Program-made: the position numbers and the translations under genes
The notes under the pieces: generated by a model
What the model was told of the DNA's origin: nothing
Seen by the model: the letters and a program-made list of their open reading frames with translations, nothing else
Databases searched by the model: none
In this document: in pieces, positions 1-9,531 of the stretch
How the letters are laid out: the number at the start of each line of letters is the position of its first letter
Numbering within the stretch: the stretch's first letter is position 1
Assembly (NCBI GenBank): GCA_024654525.1
Contig: JANLHI010000030.1
Coordinates: 80,437 to 144,436, forward strand
DNA: 64,000 bases
Origin: Patescibacteria group bacterium
Lineage (GTDB): Bacteria > Patescibacteriota > Minisyncoccia > UBA6257 > 2-01-FULL-56-20
Direction: 5' to 3'

Positions 1-298
1 TGTAAGTGTGGCGCTTTCCACTAAAGGAAGTAAATTTAAATATCTTCATTGTGGGACGGGATATATTGCATTTCGTGTACCGCTCAAAAAAGCGTTAAGA
101 GAATTGATTGTAAAAACGGGACCACTTGTGGCGCCGTCCGCGAATATTGAAGGAAAACCACCAGCGAAAACCGTGCGTGAGGCACAGGAGTATTTTGGAG
201 ATAACGTGGATTGGTATGTGGACGGAGCGAGGGTAGAGCGCAAGCCGTCTAGGCTCGTAAAAATCCTTGAAGGAAAACCAGTAATAATGAGGGGGTAG
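1..298 (+). CDS. L-threonylcarbamoyladenylate synthase (Sua5/YrdC/TsaC family), C-terminal fragment; 5' end lies outside the window
   Basis: ORF 8..298 translation GPLVAPSANIEGKPP...DWYVDGA...PSRLVKI matches the C-terminal half of the YrdC domain; the reading frame is open to position 1. Confidence 0.65.
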   Translation, partial: VSVALSTKGSKFKYLHCGTGYIAFRVPLKKALRELIVKTGPLVAPSANIEGKPPAKTVREAQEYFGDNVDWYVDGARVERKPSRLVKILEGKPVIMRG

Positions 299-363
299 TA
301 GCTTATTTTTGTAAAATAATTTTTTAGACGTGAGAATATCGTAATGGTTTATAATTATACACA

Positions 364-2013
364 ATGATTACCGAAGAATTAAAAGCTGGGTTTAGAGGAG
401 ATATTGCAACCGATGATGCAACGCTTGAGTCGCATAGTCGCGATTATTCCATTTTCAAAGTACGCCCGTTGATGGTAGTGTTTCCGCGCGATGTAGATGA
501 TGTGAAGAGACTAGTGCGTTTCGTGGAAGAAAAACGAAAGAAAAAAGAATATTTTACACTCACTGCGCGTGCGGCGGGGACCGATATGACGGGAGGGCCT
601 CTTTCAGAATCAATCGTGGTGAATTTTACGCGGTATATGAACCGCATTAAGGAAATTGGAAAGGATTATGTAGTAGTGGAACCAGGGGTCTATTTCCGCG
701 ATCTTGAACCGGAACTTGCAAAAAAAGGGCTTATGTATCCCGCGTATCCCGCATCAAAGGATTTTTGCGCTATAGGGGGAATAGTAATGAACAATTCCGG
801 AGGAGAAAAAACGCTTCTCTATGGAAAAACGGAACGATATGTAGATGGACTAAAGATGGTGCTTGCGGATGGGGAAGAACACGCTATCGTGCCGGTTTCG
901 CGGGGATCTCTTATTGCGCGATCAAAGAAACGAGATTTTGAATCGCAGACATGGAGAAAACTTAAGCAGATTGTGGAAAAGAATGCCGAGGAAATCTCTC
1001 GTGCACAGCCGGATGTTTCTAAAAATTCCTCCGGATATTCTTTGTGGAATGTGTGGAACGGAACGACTCTTGACCCGATAAGGCTCTTTGTGGGTTCCCA
1101 GGGGACATTGGGACTTATGACGGAGGTGAAATTACATCTTGTCCCGATGCCGAAATATAGTCGGCTTGTGGTGATTTTTCTCCGCACTCTTTCTCCGGTT
1201 GCGGATTTGGTGAATGAACTTCTTGAGTTTAAGCCGGAAAGTATTGAATCGTACGATGATAAAACATTTGGCATCGCATTACGTTTTCTTCCCAGTTTAT
1301 TTCGGTCGATGAAAGGAAGTTTTCTGAAACTTTTATGGGAATTTCTTCCGGAAGTGGGCATGATGATTCGCAGTGGAGGAATGCCGAAAATGGTGATGTT
1401 GGTGTCATTTACCGCCGAAAGCGAGGCGGATCTTCAAGACACGATAACCGCGGTGACGGGAAGAATTCGGAAAAAATTCAAGGTTTCGGTTCGTGCGGTA
1501 CGTGATGCGCAGGAGGAGGAAAAATACTGGACAATCAGACGGCAAAGTTTCGCATTGCTCCATGGTCATATTAAAAATCGTGACACTGCGCCATTTATCG
1601 ATGATATTGTCGTGCGTCCGAGATATCTTCCTGATTTTTTACCGAAGTTAAACGCTATTCTCGATAAATACAAACAGCATCTTATTTATACAATTGCGGG
1701 GCATCCCGGTGACGGGAATTTCCATATTATTCCGCTTATGGATCTTAAAAATCCTGAGGTGAGGTCTCTTATCCCGATAATTTCCGAAGAAGTATATGAA
1801 CTTGTGCTTCAGTATCATGGTTCCATTACTGCCGAGCATAACGACGGTATTATTCGCACACCGTATATTGCAAGAATGTATGGGGAGGACATGGCGAGAA
1901 TTTTTATGGAAGTCAAAACACTTTTCGACCCTCATGGAATTTTTAATCCCGGCAAGAAAGTGGGAGGAACGATTAAGTACGCGATGGATCATATCAAGAG
2001 TAATCGCGAATAA
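364..2013 (+). CDS. FAD-binding oxidoreductase (FAD-linked oxidase, GlcD / D-lactate dehydrogenase-like)
   Basis: 549 aa with an N-terminal FAD-binding PCMH-type region (VVFPRDVDDVKRLVRFV, ARAAGTDMTGGPL) and a C-terminal FAD-oxidase_C-like region. Confidence 0.75.
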   Translation: MITEELKAGFRGDIATDDATLESHSRDYSIFKVRPLMVVFPRDVDDVKRLVRFVEEKRKKKEYFTLTARAAGTDMTGGPLSESIVVNFTRYMNRIKEIGKDYVVVEPGVYFRDLEPELAKKGLMYPAYPASKDFCAIGGIVMNNSGGEKTLLYGKTERYVDGLKMVLADGEEHAIVPVSRGSLIARSKKRDFESQTWRKLKQIVEKNAEEISRAQPDVSKNSSGYSLWNVWNGTTLDPIRLFVGSQGTLGLMTEVKLHLVPMPKYSRLVVIFLRTLSPVADLVNELLEFKPESIESYDDKTFGIALRFLPSLFRSMKGSFLKLLWEFLPEVGMMIRSGGMPKMVMLVSFTAESEADLQDTITAVTGRIRKKFKVSVRAVRDAQEEEKYWTIRRQSFALLHGHIKNRDTAPFIDDIVVRPRYLPDFLPKLNAILDKYKQHLIYTIAGHPGDGNFHIIPLMDLKNPEVRSLIPIISEEVYELVLQYHGSITAEHNDGIIRTPYIARMYGEDMARIFMEVKTLFDPHGIFNPGKKVGGTIKYAMDHIKSNRE

Positions 2014-2062
2014 TGTGTATTCGGATTCAATAACGCAAATCTATTTATGGTGACTTGTTGTA

Positions 2063-2845
2063 TTGTGTATAACAATTCGCGATATTTGTGATTATTCTTT
2101 CATGTATCAGCTTCCCGAGTTTCTCAAATTTCCCAAACTTTTTCATGCGATTTCGGATGTTTCGGACGGAAATATGTCGTTTCAGTGGGGAAAGGAAGAA
2201 GAAGTGTCGAAGAATAGAATGGTATTTCTGAAAAAAATGGGTATTCGGATTGAAGATTGTATAGGTACGAGTCTGGATCATAAAATTGAAGTAACACGGG
2301 TTACTTCCGCGCATCGCGGAGCGGGAATGTGCCAACGAGAAGGCGCGGTAGTGGGAGATGCATTTTTTATCGACACTCCCAGTGCATTCCTTTTTCTTTT
2401 GACCGGAGATTGTTTGCCGGTTATTTTTTATGACCCTGTACATGCGGTGGCGGGACTTGCGCACGTGAGCCGTCATAATACGCCTCAATTCTTTATGAAA
2501 GAAATATTGAAAAAAATGAAAGAATGGCATGGATCGAATCCAAGGGATGTAATAATCGGAATCGGACCGGGGGTACGTAAGGAGTCATATGTATTTACGC
2601 GTGCGGTATGCGAAATACTTACTCCCGTATGGAAGGAATTTGCGGTCGCGCGACAGGAAGGGAGTTGTGCGTTGGATATCGTAGGGTGGAATGTCGCTCA
2701 ATTGATGTGCGCAGGAGTACAAGAGGGGAATATCAGCATTGCACCTTACGATACTATCAATGATGTCCGTTTCTTCTCGCATTATCGCAGTAATAATACC
2801 GGAGAATCAGAAGGGAGATTTACCACAGTTATAGGATTACAATAG
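2063..2845 (+). CDS. YfiH/PgeF-family protein (DUF152; polyphenol-oxidase-like purine nucleoside phosphorylase / peptidoglycan editing factor)
   Basis: 260 aa; GDCLPVIFYDPVHAVAGLAHVSRHNT and the C-terminal HYRS motifs are typical of the YfiH/LACC1 family. Confidence 0.7.
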   Translation: MCITIRDICDYSFMYQLPEFLKFPKLFHAISDVSDGNMSFQWGKEEEVSKNRMVFLKKMGIRIEDCIGTSLDHKIEVTRVTSAHRGAGMCQREGAVVGDAFFIDTPSAFLFLLTGDCLPVIFYDPVHAVAGLAHVSRHNTPQFFMKEILKKMKEWHGSNPRDVIIGIGPGVRKESYVFTRAVCEILTPVWKEFAVARQEGSCALDIVGWNVAQLMCAGVQEGNISIAPYDTINDVRFFSHYRSNNTGESEGRFTTVIGLQ

Positions 2846-2849
2846 TCAT

Positions 2850-3125
2850 ATGGAAGCCCCCGTTTCATTTTGCGCAACAATATCCGGAAAAGTGCAAGGC
2901 GTAGGTTTTCGTTATGCAGTATATCGAGAGGCTAAAAAACTTGGAGTTCGTGGATTTATAAAAAATAAAAAAGACGGAAGCGTATATCTTGAAGCGGAGG
3001 GGAGTAGCGAAGTAATCAAGGATTTTTTCCAGTGGTGCCGGAGTGTTCAAAAAAACGCACAAATTGAGAATATTGAGTTTGCTTCGTGCGCAATTCGAGG
3101 ATTTTCTGGGTTTGAGATACAATAG
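2850..3125 (+). CDS. acyP: acylphosphatase
   Basis: 91 aa; VQGVGFRY...GFIKNKKDGSVYLEAEG is the acylphosphatase signature. Confidence 0.85.
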   Translation: MEAPVSFCATISGKVQGVGFRYAVYREAKKLGVRGFIKNKKDGSVYLEAEGSSEVIKDFFQWCRSVQKNAQIENIEFASCAIRGFSGFEIQ

Positions 3126-3130
3126 AGCAT

Positions 3131-4141
3131 ATGATGTACGATGCAATTAAACGCTTTCACGAACAGTTTGAGTTTCAACCGAAAATAGAAAATGCCAAAG
3201 AGTTGGAGAAATTTCGGCGCATAAAAAAATCGAATTCCCCGCATCAATGGTCGGTGGGATTTGTTGTTGCGGGGATGGGAGGATCCCATCTTGCCGCCGA
3301 TTTACTTCGTGCCATACATCCCGAATATGATATATTGATTCACTCTGATTATGGTTTGCCGAAGGGTGATATTAAAAACAGGCTTATTATTATAAGTTCG
3401 TATTCCGGAAATACCGAAGAGGCAATCAGTGCGTTTGAGGAAGCGCGTAAAAGAAAATTGCCGTGTGCGGCAATTGCCACAGGAGGAAAACTTCTCGAAT
3501 ATGCAAAAAAATCAGGTGTTCCTTATGTCCAACTTCCGGATCTCGGACTTGAGCCTCGCGTAGCGTTGGGTTTGAGTCTCCTCGCGCTTTTTGCTCTTGT
3601 GGGTGCACGGACTGCGCTTCGCACCGCTTCGAAACTTTCGCATATCCTCCGTCCTTCCGTATATGAGTCGCGGGGCAAAAAGTTCTCCACGGTGTTTTTA
3701 GGAAAAGTTCCCATTATATATGCGTCTGCTCGGAATGTTCATATTGCCTATAACTGGAAAATAAAATTTAATGAAACGGGAAAGATTCCTGCATATATGA
3801 ATGTCATTCCGGAATTGAATCATAATGAAATAAACGGATTTGATGTTTCCGAATCTACGCAAGCGCTTTCTCGGCACTTCCACTTCCTTTTCATTACCGA
3901 TGAGTTTGATGACGCGCGAGTGCAAAAGCGGATGCGAATTTTGAAGCGGCTTTACCGCGCAAGAAAATTACAAGTAACCGAAACCGCACTCAAGGGTAAA
4001 AGTTTGCTTGAGAGGGCGATTATTTCACTCATCCTTGCTGATTGGACTGCGTATTATACCGCACTTGGACATGGAGGGAGTCCTGATGGTGTCCCGATAG
4101 TGGATGAGTTCAAAAAACTGATGGAGAGGTCCGATCGATAG
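3131..4141 (+). CDS. bifunctional phosphoglucose/phosphomannose isomerase (SIS domain)
   Basis: 336 aa; SIS-domain motifs (GMGGSHLAADLL, IIISSYSGNTEE) and the C-terminal region of the PGI/PMI family. Confidence 0.7.
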   Translation: MMYDAIKRFHEQFEFQPKIENAKELEKFRRIKKSNSPHQWSVGFVVAGMGGSHLAADLLRAIHPEYDILIHSDYGLPKGDIKNRLIIISSYSGNTEEAISAFEEARKRKLPCAAIATGGKLLEYAKKSGVPYVQLPDLGLEPRVALGLSLLALFALVGARTALRTASKLSHILRPSVYESRGKKFSTVFLGKVPIIYASARNVHIAYNWKIKFNETGKIPAYMNVIPELNHNEINGFDVSESTQALSRHFHFLFITDEFDDARVQKRMRILKRLYRARKLQVTETALKGKSLLERAIISLILADWTAYYTALGHGGSPDGVPIVDEFKKLMERSDR

Positions 4142-4243
4142 CTCGATATTGCATGATATTGTGAGGAGAGTTATAACAGAAGCACCTACGAAGGTGGGTG
4201 TTTCTTAACAATGCGTTGAAGAACGCACAACAAAAGGCGAGTT

Positions 4244-5542
4244 ATGACAGACATCGATTACGGAGTAATCATAAGCGAATTACAAATTCCTTCACGGAGA
4301 GTAACAACATGGGGTGAGTTGTTCGAAAGGAAGGGGGGCGATATCAACCCGGACCAGAGAAAGGAAATCGGTCTGGTTCTTTGGGAATTCTTTGAGGCTC
4401 ATACACTCACAGATATACGGTGGATATGGGCGGAAAAGCTGATGAAAGTCTATCCTCCGGAAATTATGGAAAGATCACTTCTTCTAAAAGTGATCCTCGC
4501 GCTCATGCTGAAATGCCAGGAAAAGGAAATGCCGAAAGCAGTGCGATTCATTGAGTGGTACGTACTTACCAAGGTGGGCTATGAAAGAGGGGCGGTAAGT
4601 GGCTATTGGCTCTCCGGTCAGGGAAGGAGGTTCGAGGATGTAGCGGTGGCGTACCGCTTCCTCTTTTTCCTTATTATTGACCTCCGGAAATTCTTCTGGT
4701 ATTTGCAAATAGAGACAATCTCAAGTCTATTACGAATAGCGCACGAGGCAGTTAAGGTACACCCGGGACTGTATTGGGCGAGTACGGGCCTTCACGCGTA
4801 TTCATTTCTTGTACTTGCGCAATTTATTGGGAAACATGCGCATGATTCTATCTATACCGATGTGGAATGGTTCGCAGTGGAGCGAGTGCTCCGACGCGCC
4901 GTGGCTGTGCATGACCCAAACTATTTAGTGGCGGCGGAGAAATTACTCGCACTGCATACTGAGGGGTCCGAGGAAAAGCGGATACGTCAGCGATACGAAG
5001 CAGACTCGTGTTCCCTCGCGGAAAGGATTGCGAGGATTCGGACAAGTGTGGAGATTTTGAGAGTCGCCGACGCAGAATGTAAAGGGTTGGAAAATAATCT
5101 CTCCACAATGGCACGCGAGTTGAAGAAAAGAAAGGAATTCGTTGGAGAAATCACAATAAGTCTTCGATTTGTGGCTCAAGGGGATGGGACGATGACACTC
5201 GTTGCGGGTCTCACAAGTACCGACATACGGGATTCCATTGATGTGTCCTGGAAAGTTTCGCGATTGGCGCTCGGAGGCGCTGTCTTCTCGGAATCATACA
5301 GTTATCAGCATTCCAGAGTTCCCATGCTCGTTCGTGATAGCGGGGAAAAAACTGGTATGGCTGTGGGTTCAATTGACCCCGATCGGCGCATTAGTGCGTT
5401 TCCGCCAGTGTCGTGGCGCGTATTCGGAGTAAGTTGCGATGTGCAGATCGAGTTCTCGTTGAACGGCATAAATTCGGGAAAAATTAGACGCATTCTTGAT
5501 GCCACGCCGGGCACGGAAGTTGTGCTTATCGGAAGTGCCTAA
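4244..5542 (+). CDS. hypothetical protein (432 aa; helical N-terminal two-thirds plus a beta-rich C-terminal third); GC-rich relative to its neighbours
   Basis: Long ORF with a purine-rich patch (aaaaggcgag) upstream; no recognisable family motif; followed by the terminator at 5562..5595. Confidence 0.5.
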   Translation: MTDIDYGVIISELQIPSRRVTTWGELFERKGGDINPDQRKEIGLVLWEFFEAHTLTDIRWIWAEKLMKVYPPEIMERSLLLKVILALMLKCQEKEMPKAVRFIEWYVLTKVGYERGAVSGYWLSGQGRRFEDVAVAYRFLFFLIIDLRKFFWYLQIETISSLLRIAHEAVKVHPGLYWASTGLHAYSFLVLAQFIGKHAHDSIYTDVEWFAVERVLRRAVAVHDPNYLVAAEKLLALHTEGSEEKRIRQRYEADSCSLAERIARIRTSVEILRVADAECKGLENNLSTMARELKKRKEFVGEITISLRFVAQGDGTMTLVAGLTSTDIRDSIDVSWKVSRLALGGAVFSESYSYQHSRVPMLVRDSGEKTGMAVGSIDPDRRISAFPPVSWRVFGVSCDVQIEFSLNGINSGKIRRILDATPGTEVVLIGSA

Positions 5543-5561
5543 AGGGCATGAAAAAAACACG

Positions 5562-5595
5562 AGGCGCGGACAAACATCCGCGCCTTTCGATTTTC
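5562..5595 (+). terminator. rho-independent terminator
   Basis: aggcgcgg / ccgcgcct 8-bp GC stem with a caaacat loop, followed by ttcgattttc. Confidence 0.65.
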
Positions 5596-5847
5596 TGGTG
5601 GGATTGGGGATATAACGTCTCAGACATACATGTAAAACTTTAAGGGAGGAGTGTGAATATTACAGATATCGCGAACGGGCGAGTATACCGGGCAAAGAAA
5701 TACTCGTACCAAGCAAGGAAACAGTGAGGGAAACAATAACGGAAAAGAAGATAGTGGCGGTGATGGAAGAGTCTCAAAGAAGGACTCCAAAAAAAGAGGA
5801 GACTGACCCTGCGATGCGGGGTCTTGCTATTCTGATATAGTGAAAGT

Positions 5848-6279
5848 GTGCTACAGACAAAAAAGCAAAAAACAGTTCAATGGACGAATCATGCCCACAG
5901 TAAGATGCGGTATTATGGGCTTTCCGAACAGCGCGTGCGCAGGGTACTCCACTCGCCAAAGCGTGTGGAAGAGGGGATTGCGCCGAAGACTGTGGCGATG
6001 ATGCAACCTTTTTCGATATTACGAATTAAAGATCGGGGGATATGGAAAGAGCAATGGAAGCAGGAGTTGTGGGTAATGATTCAGGATGGGGGAAATATTC
6101 GAAAAATTATCAGTGCGTGGAGATATCCGGGAATGACAAAACCGGGAACCGCGCTTCCAGATGAAGTGCTTCGAGAGATTCGTGCAGGAGTTGCCCTCTC
6201 GCGTGAATCTGTTGAGACCGAGGAAGAGGTGCGGGAAAAAATGACAGGAATGTTGAGAAAGTGGAGAAGGAAATTGTAG
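5848..6279 (+). CDS. DUF4258-like protein (RelE-fold toxin-like N-terminus with a roughly 60-aa C-terminal extension)
   Basis: N-terminus TVQWTNHAHSKMRYYGLSEQRVRRVL fits the DUF4258 pattern T.HA..RM..RGI....V..VL; GC-rich like the preceding gene. Confidence 0.4.
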   Translation: MLQTKKQKTVQWTNHAHSKMRYYGLSEQRVRRVLHSPKRVEEGIAPKTVAMMQPFSILRIKDRGIWKEQWKQELWVMIQDGGNIRKIISAWRYPGMTKPGTALPDEVLREIRAGVALSRESVETEEEVREKMTGMLRKWRRKL

Positions 6280-6350
6280 AAAATAGAAACAAGAACATAA
6301 ATTGTATTTGTTTTATAATTCGGTATTGTTAGCGTATAATTTCGCTACCT

Positions 6351-6797
6351 ATGCTTATCATAAGCCCCTCATTTAAAAACGGAGAACCGATTCCAAAAAA
6401 GTTTACGTGCGATGGATGGGATATAAATCCCGAGCTTCAGCTCCATAACGTGCCCGCCAGCGCGGCGACTCTTGCGCTTATTATGGATGACCCCGATGCA
6501 ATCGGAGGGAAGACCTTTGTTCACTGGATTGTGTGGAATATCAAGCCGGAAACCGAATACATCAAAGAGGAAAGCAAGCCATCGGGGAGTGTCGAAGGAC
6601 TGAATTCCGCAAATCAAATTGGATATATTGGACCGTGTCCTCCGGAAGGGACACCGCATCGTTATTTTTTCAAAATCTATGCGTTGGATGTGAGATTCGA
6701 TATTACACAAGGGTCGATGCGTGATGAATTCGAAAGGGTTATACAAGGGCATGTGCTTGAAGAAGCGGAAGTCATGGGAACGTATGTGCGAGAGTGA
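6351..6797 (+). CDS. YbhB/YbcL family phosphatidylethanolamine-binding (PEBP / Raf kinase inhibitor-like) protein
   Basis: 148 aa; IGYIGPCPPEGTPHRYFFKIYALD is the canonical bacterial PEBP motif. Confidence 0.85.
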   Translation: MLIISPSFKNGEPIPKKFTCDGWDINPELQLHNVPASAATLALIMDDPDAIGGKTFVHWIVWNIKPETEYIKEESKPSGSVEGLNSANQIGYIGPCPPEGTPHRYFFKIYALDVRFDITQGSMRDEFERVIQGHVLEEAEVMGTYVRE

Positions 6798-7249
6798 TTT
6801 ATATTATCGCGCTACGGATTATGTCGAACGAGAATTTTTGTAAAAATACCCTGTGGATAATAATGTATTTGACAGTCTTTATAGAGAGGAATATTATAAC
6901 CCAGTACCAATAATTATGACGTTCTCGAGTCACCACTTTTCTATGTTTACGATGCGTACGCTTTCAGCGTGGGTGTTTTGCTATGTCTTTCTTATGAGCA
7001 AGATTACTCAAAAACAAGGGGAGCTTGGTTGGGAAATAAAACCACAGAGAATTTAAGGAAATCACACAAGAATTCAACCAAAGCCTCCTCGATAACAGGA
7101 GGCTTTGTGCATTATGGACGTTCATCTCATTCGCGAATCCCTGCGGATACGCCTATGAGATGAGTGCCCAGACGTTTATACCGGAATCGTCGCAACACTC
7201 TAGAGAAAAAACAATAAAAGTCGCACGCAAGTAAATTAATTCAAATATC

Positions 7250-7939
7250 ATGAAAATAGGTGTATTGGGCAGTACAAGTCCGCTTGTAAGCATTCATTTA
7301 CAAAAGCTTATTGCGGAATCAACTCCTGCCAGAAAGGATCAGGATCATTTGGAAATCGTGTGTTACACGAATCCAAAAATTCCCGACTGCAGTGATGCGG
7401 AAGTAAAAACTCATGAGGCGACAGAGCATCATGAGGCATTGGTAACGTCGGCACAGCTTTTAGTGCGTGCGGGAGTCTCGATGATAGCGATTCCGTGTAA
7501 TCGCGCTCATGTGAGAATCGAGGACATTCAGAGTCGTGTTCCGGTTCCGGTGGCGAATATGGTGAATCTTGCGATACAGCAGATCGCAAAAAATCACCGC
7601 AAGGCATGTGTCGGGCTTATTGCCGCAGGGCCGGTTATTACTCAAAAAATATACGAGCAAGCGTTATTGGATTCCGGGGTTCGTGTGGTGATTCCCGATA
7701 CAAAGGGGCAGGAAGCGGTGGCAAAGGCGGTGCAGGCGGTAAAAGTGAACGCCGATGCGGACGGAACGCCGGTGATGAAAGTGGCGAAACAGCTTATAGA
7801 AAACGGTGCACAAGTACTTCTTGTGGGATGTGCAAAGCTTTCCATTTTTGCCGATGAGCTTGAGAAGTTGGGAAAGCCGGTTGTTGATCCTATGAGGGTG
7901 CTTGCGGAACATCTCGTCGATCAGGCGAGAGTGGTATAA
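7250..7939 (+). CDS. aspartate/glutamate racemase family protein
   Basis: 229 aa; MKIGVLGST, IAIPCNRAH (compare IPCNTAH) and LLVGCAKLS (compare LGCTELS) are the two catalytic-Cys motifs of Asp/Glu racemases. Confidence 0.8.
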   Translation: MKIGVLGSTSPLVSIHLQKLIAESTPARKDQDHLEIVCYTNPKIPDCSDAEVKTHEATEHHEALVTSAQLLVRAGVSMIAIPCNRAHVRIEDIQSRVPVPVANMVNLAIQQIAKNHRKACVGLIAAGPVITQKIYEQALLDSGVRVVIPDTKGQEAVAKAVQAVKVNADADGTPVMKVAKQLIENGAQVLLVGCAKLSIFADELEKLGKPVVDPMRVLAEHLVDQARVV

Positions 7940-8080
7940 AAGTGCGAAGTGGATAAAACAATGACTTAAATAACTCGTTAAAGTATTCAAAATTGTATAT
8001 TTTTTGTTTGTTTTTCTCAAGCTACAGAGAAATAGGTTTTGTTTTACTCTTAATCGACAAGTATAATTTGTTTTTAGCGT

Positions 8081-8113
8081 GGTGACTCTTTTAGAGTCAC
8101 CATGTTTTTTATT
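8081..8113 (+). terminator. rho-independent terminator downstream of the racemase gene
   Basis: ggtgactc-ttttag-agtcacc hairpin followed by atgttttttattt. Confidence 0.65.
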
Positions 8114-8569
8114 TCTGTGCATAACCTCCTTGACAACTTTTTAACAGAGGAAGATACTTTTTAGTAGAGTTCTTTCAAAATGGTTTTTCGGCTGTAGGCG
8201 CAAGGAAATTTTTCTTTGCGGCTGCAGCTGAACATGGTCACCAGCTAATGCACCTTTCTTTTCGGAGGAGGATAAACAATTGTGACCAAAAAGCAGAAAC
8301 CAAAAAAATATGCAAAAATTGCATGACATTCAGGGGCTCCAAAAATGGGGTCGAACGTTCACCCGCGGTGATGGTGGAACTCCGTTCCTTGGGGTCTATC
8401 GAGGTTTTCTCGGCATGGGACGTTCGCTGAAGACAATCCACGGCATTGGATAACCAGCGAAAAAAGGGCTTAATGCCCGAAACATTTAGTGCCGCATTTC
8501 TTCATTGATTTGCGGCACTTCCATTTTTAATAATTGCATTCCTCAAAATTTTGTGTAAGGTGATAAGAT

Positions 8570-9304
8570 ATGAATCGCGCATTGGTTCCCATGTCTCGCC
8601 TTGAGCTTGTGAAGCAGAGTATTGCTCCGCTCAATTTTGCTCGTGAGACATTTATTAAAAAACTTCTTCGTTATAATGTAGTGCCGGTTTTTGTTTCCTC
8701 GCTCTTTCCAAAAGAAATGGTGGAGAAATTATACAATGAGTGTCAGGGTATATTTTGTATGGGAGGAGCGGATTTTAATTCAAATGTATACGGAGAGGAA
8801 CCGCATCTAAAAACGGAAGCAACGGAACCTTTGCGCGACGAACTTGAATTGCATCTTATTCGGAAAGCGTTAGCCGACAAAAAACCTTTTTTAGGAATTT
8901 GCAGGGGATGCCAAGCGCTTGCAATCGCTTCGGGGGGAACATTATATCAACATATAGAAGGAATTGCCCTCGGAGAAAATCACGGAGCGAGTGAAGGGGG
9001 AACGTATGAGGATCTTGTAAAACAGGTGGGGCATGAGGTTGTTGTTGCGGAAGGAAGCAAGGCACGGGCATTGTTAGGGAAAGAAATAATTCGTACCAAT
9101 TCCGGACATCATCAGGCAGTAAAGTCTGTAGGGGAGGGTATTATTGTTTCAGGTAAGACCAAAGGAGGGATTACAGAGATTATCGAACACACGGCGCAGG
9201 ACTTTTTTTGCTTCGGTATTCAGGCACATCCCGAGGTGGAGGATAATGGGGATTGCGAGCCGTTTTTTAGGGCGTTTGCGGATGCGATGAGTCAAAGAGG
9301 GTAA
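8570..9304 (+). CDS. gamma-glutamyl-gamma-aminobutyrate hydrolase family protein (class I glutamine amidotransferase-like, peptidase C26)
   Basis: 244 aa; PFLGICRGCQALAIASGGTLYQHI carries the catalytic Cys, and the C-terminal HPE motif fits the family. Confidence 0.8.
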   Translation: MNRALVPMSRLELVKQSIAPLNFARETFIKKLLRYNVVPVFVSSLFPKEMVEKLYNECQGIFCMGGADFNSNVYGEEPHLKTEATEPLRDELELHLIRKALADKKPFLGICRGCQALAIASGGTLYQHIEGIALGENHGASEGGTYEDLVKQVGHEVVVAEGSKARALLGKEIIRTNSGHHQAVKSVGEGIIVSGKTKGGITEIIEHTAQDFFCFGIQAHPEVEDNGDCEPFFRAFADAMSQRG

Positions 9305-9500
9305 TGGCTTGACAGTGTTTTCGAAGAGTGTACACTAATTTTACTATAACTTCCATGAAAAATTTCTTGGTATATATGCCTCATATTTTTTCCCTTGCGC
9401 TTTTTGCGTGGATGCTTTGCGTTGTCTTTATCCGCAAGGGAACGGGAGGAATGGTGAAATATCATATACGTTAGAAAGTTGAGAGATAAGAATTTCACCA

Positions 9501-9531
9501 ACACCTCCCCATAAAAGGGAGGTGTTTTGTT
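9501..9531 (+). terminator. rho-independent terminator-like hairpin
   Basis: acacctccc / gggaggtgt 9-bp stem with a cataaaa loop, followed by tttgtt; sits about 200 nt beyond the amidotransferase stop, just after a hairpin-SD-7-codon mini-ORF. Confidence 0.45.

Noticed and set aside
819-1361. 180-aa minus-strand ORF inside the FAD-oxidase gene
   Set aside because: Entirely antisense to a well-supported CDS; low-complexity product; typical shadow ORF.
8333-8530. Possible tmRNA gene starting at GGGGCUCCAAAAAUGGGGUCGAAC
   Set aside because: No complementary 3' acceptor strand or T-arm (GGUUCGAnUCC...CCA) and no tag-peptide ORF ending in ...AA-stop. The available space before the next CDS (about 190 nt) is far shorter than a tmRNA. 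Kept only as a low-interest note.
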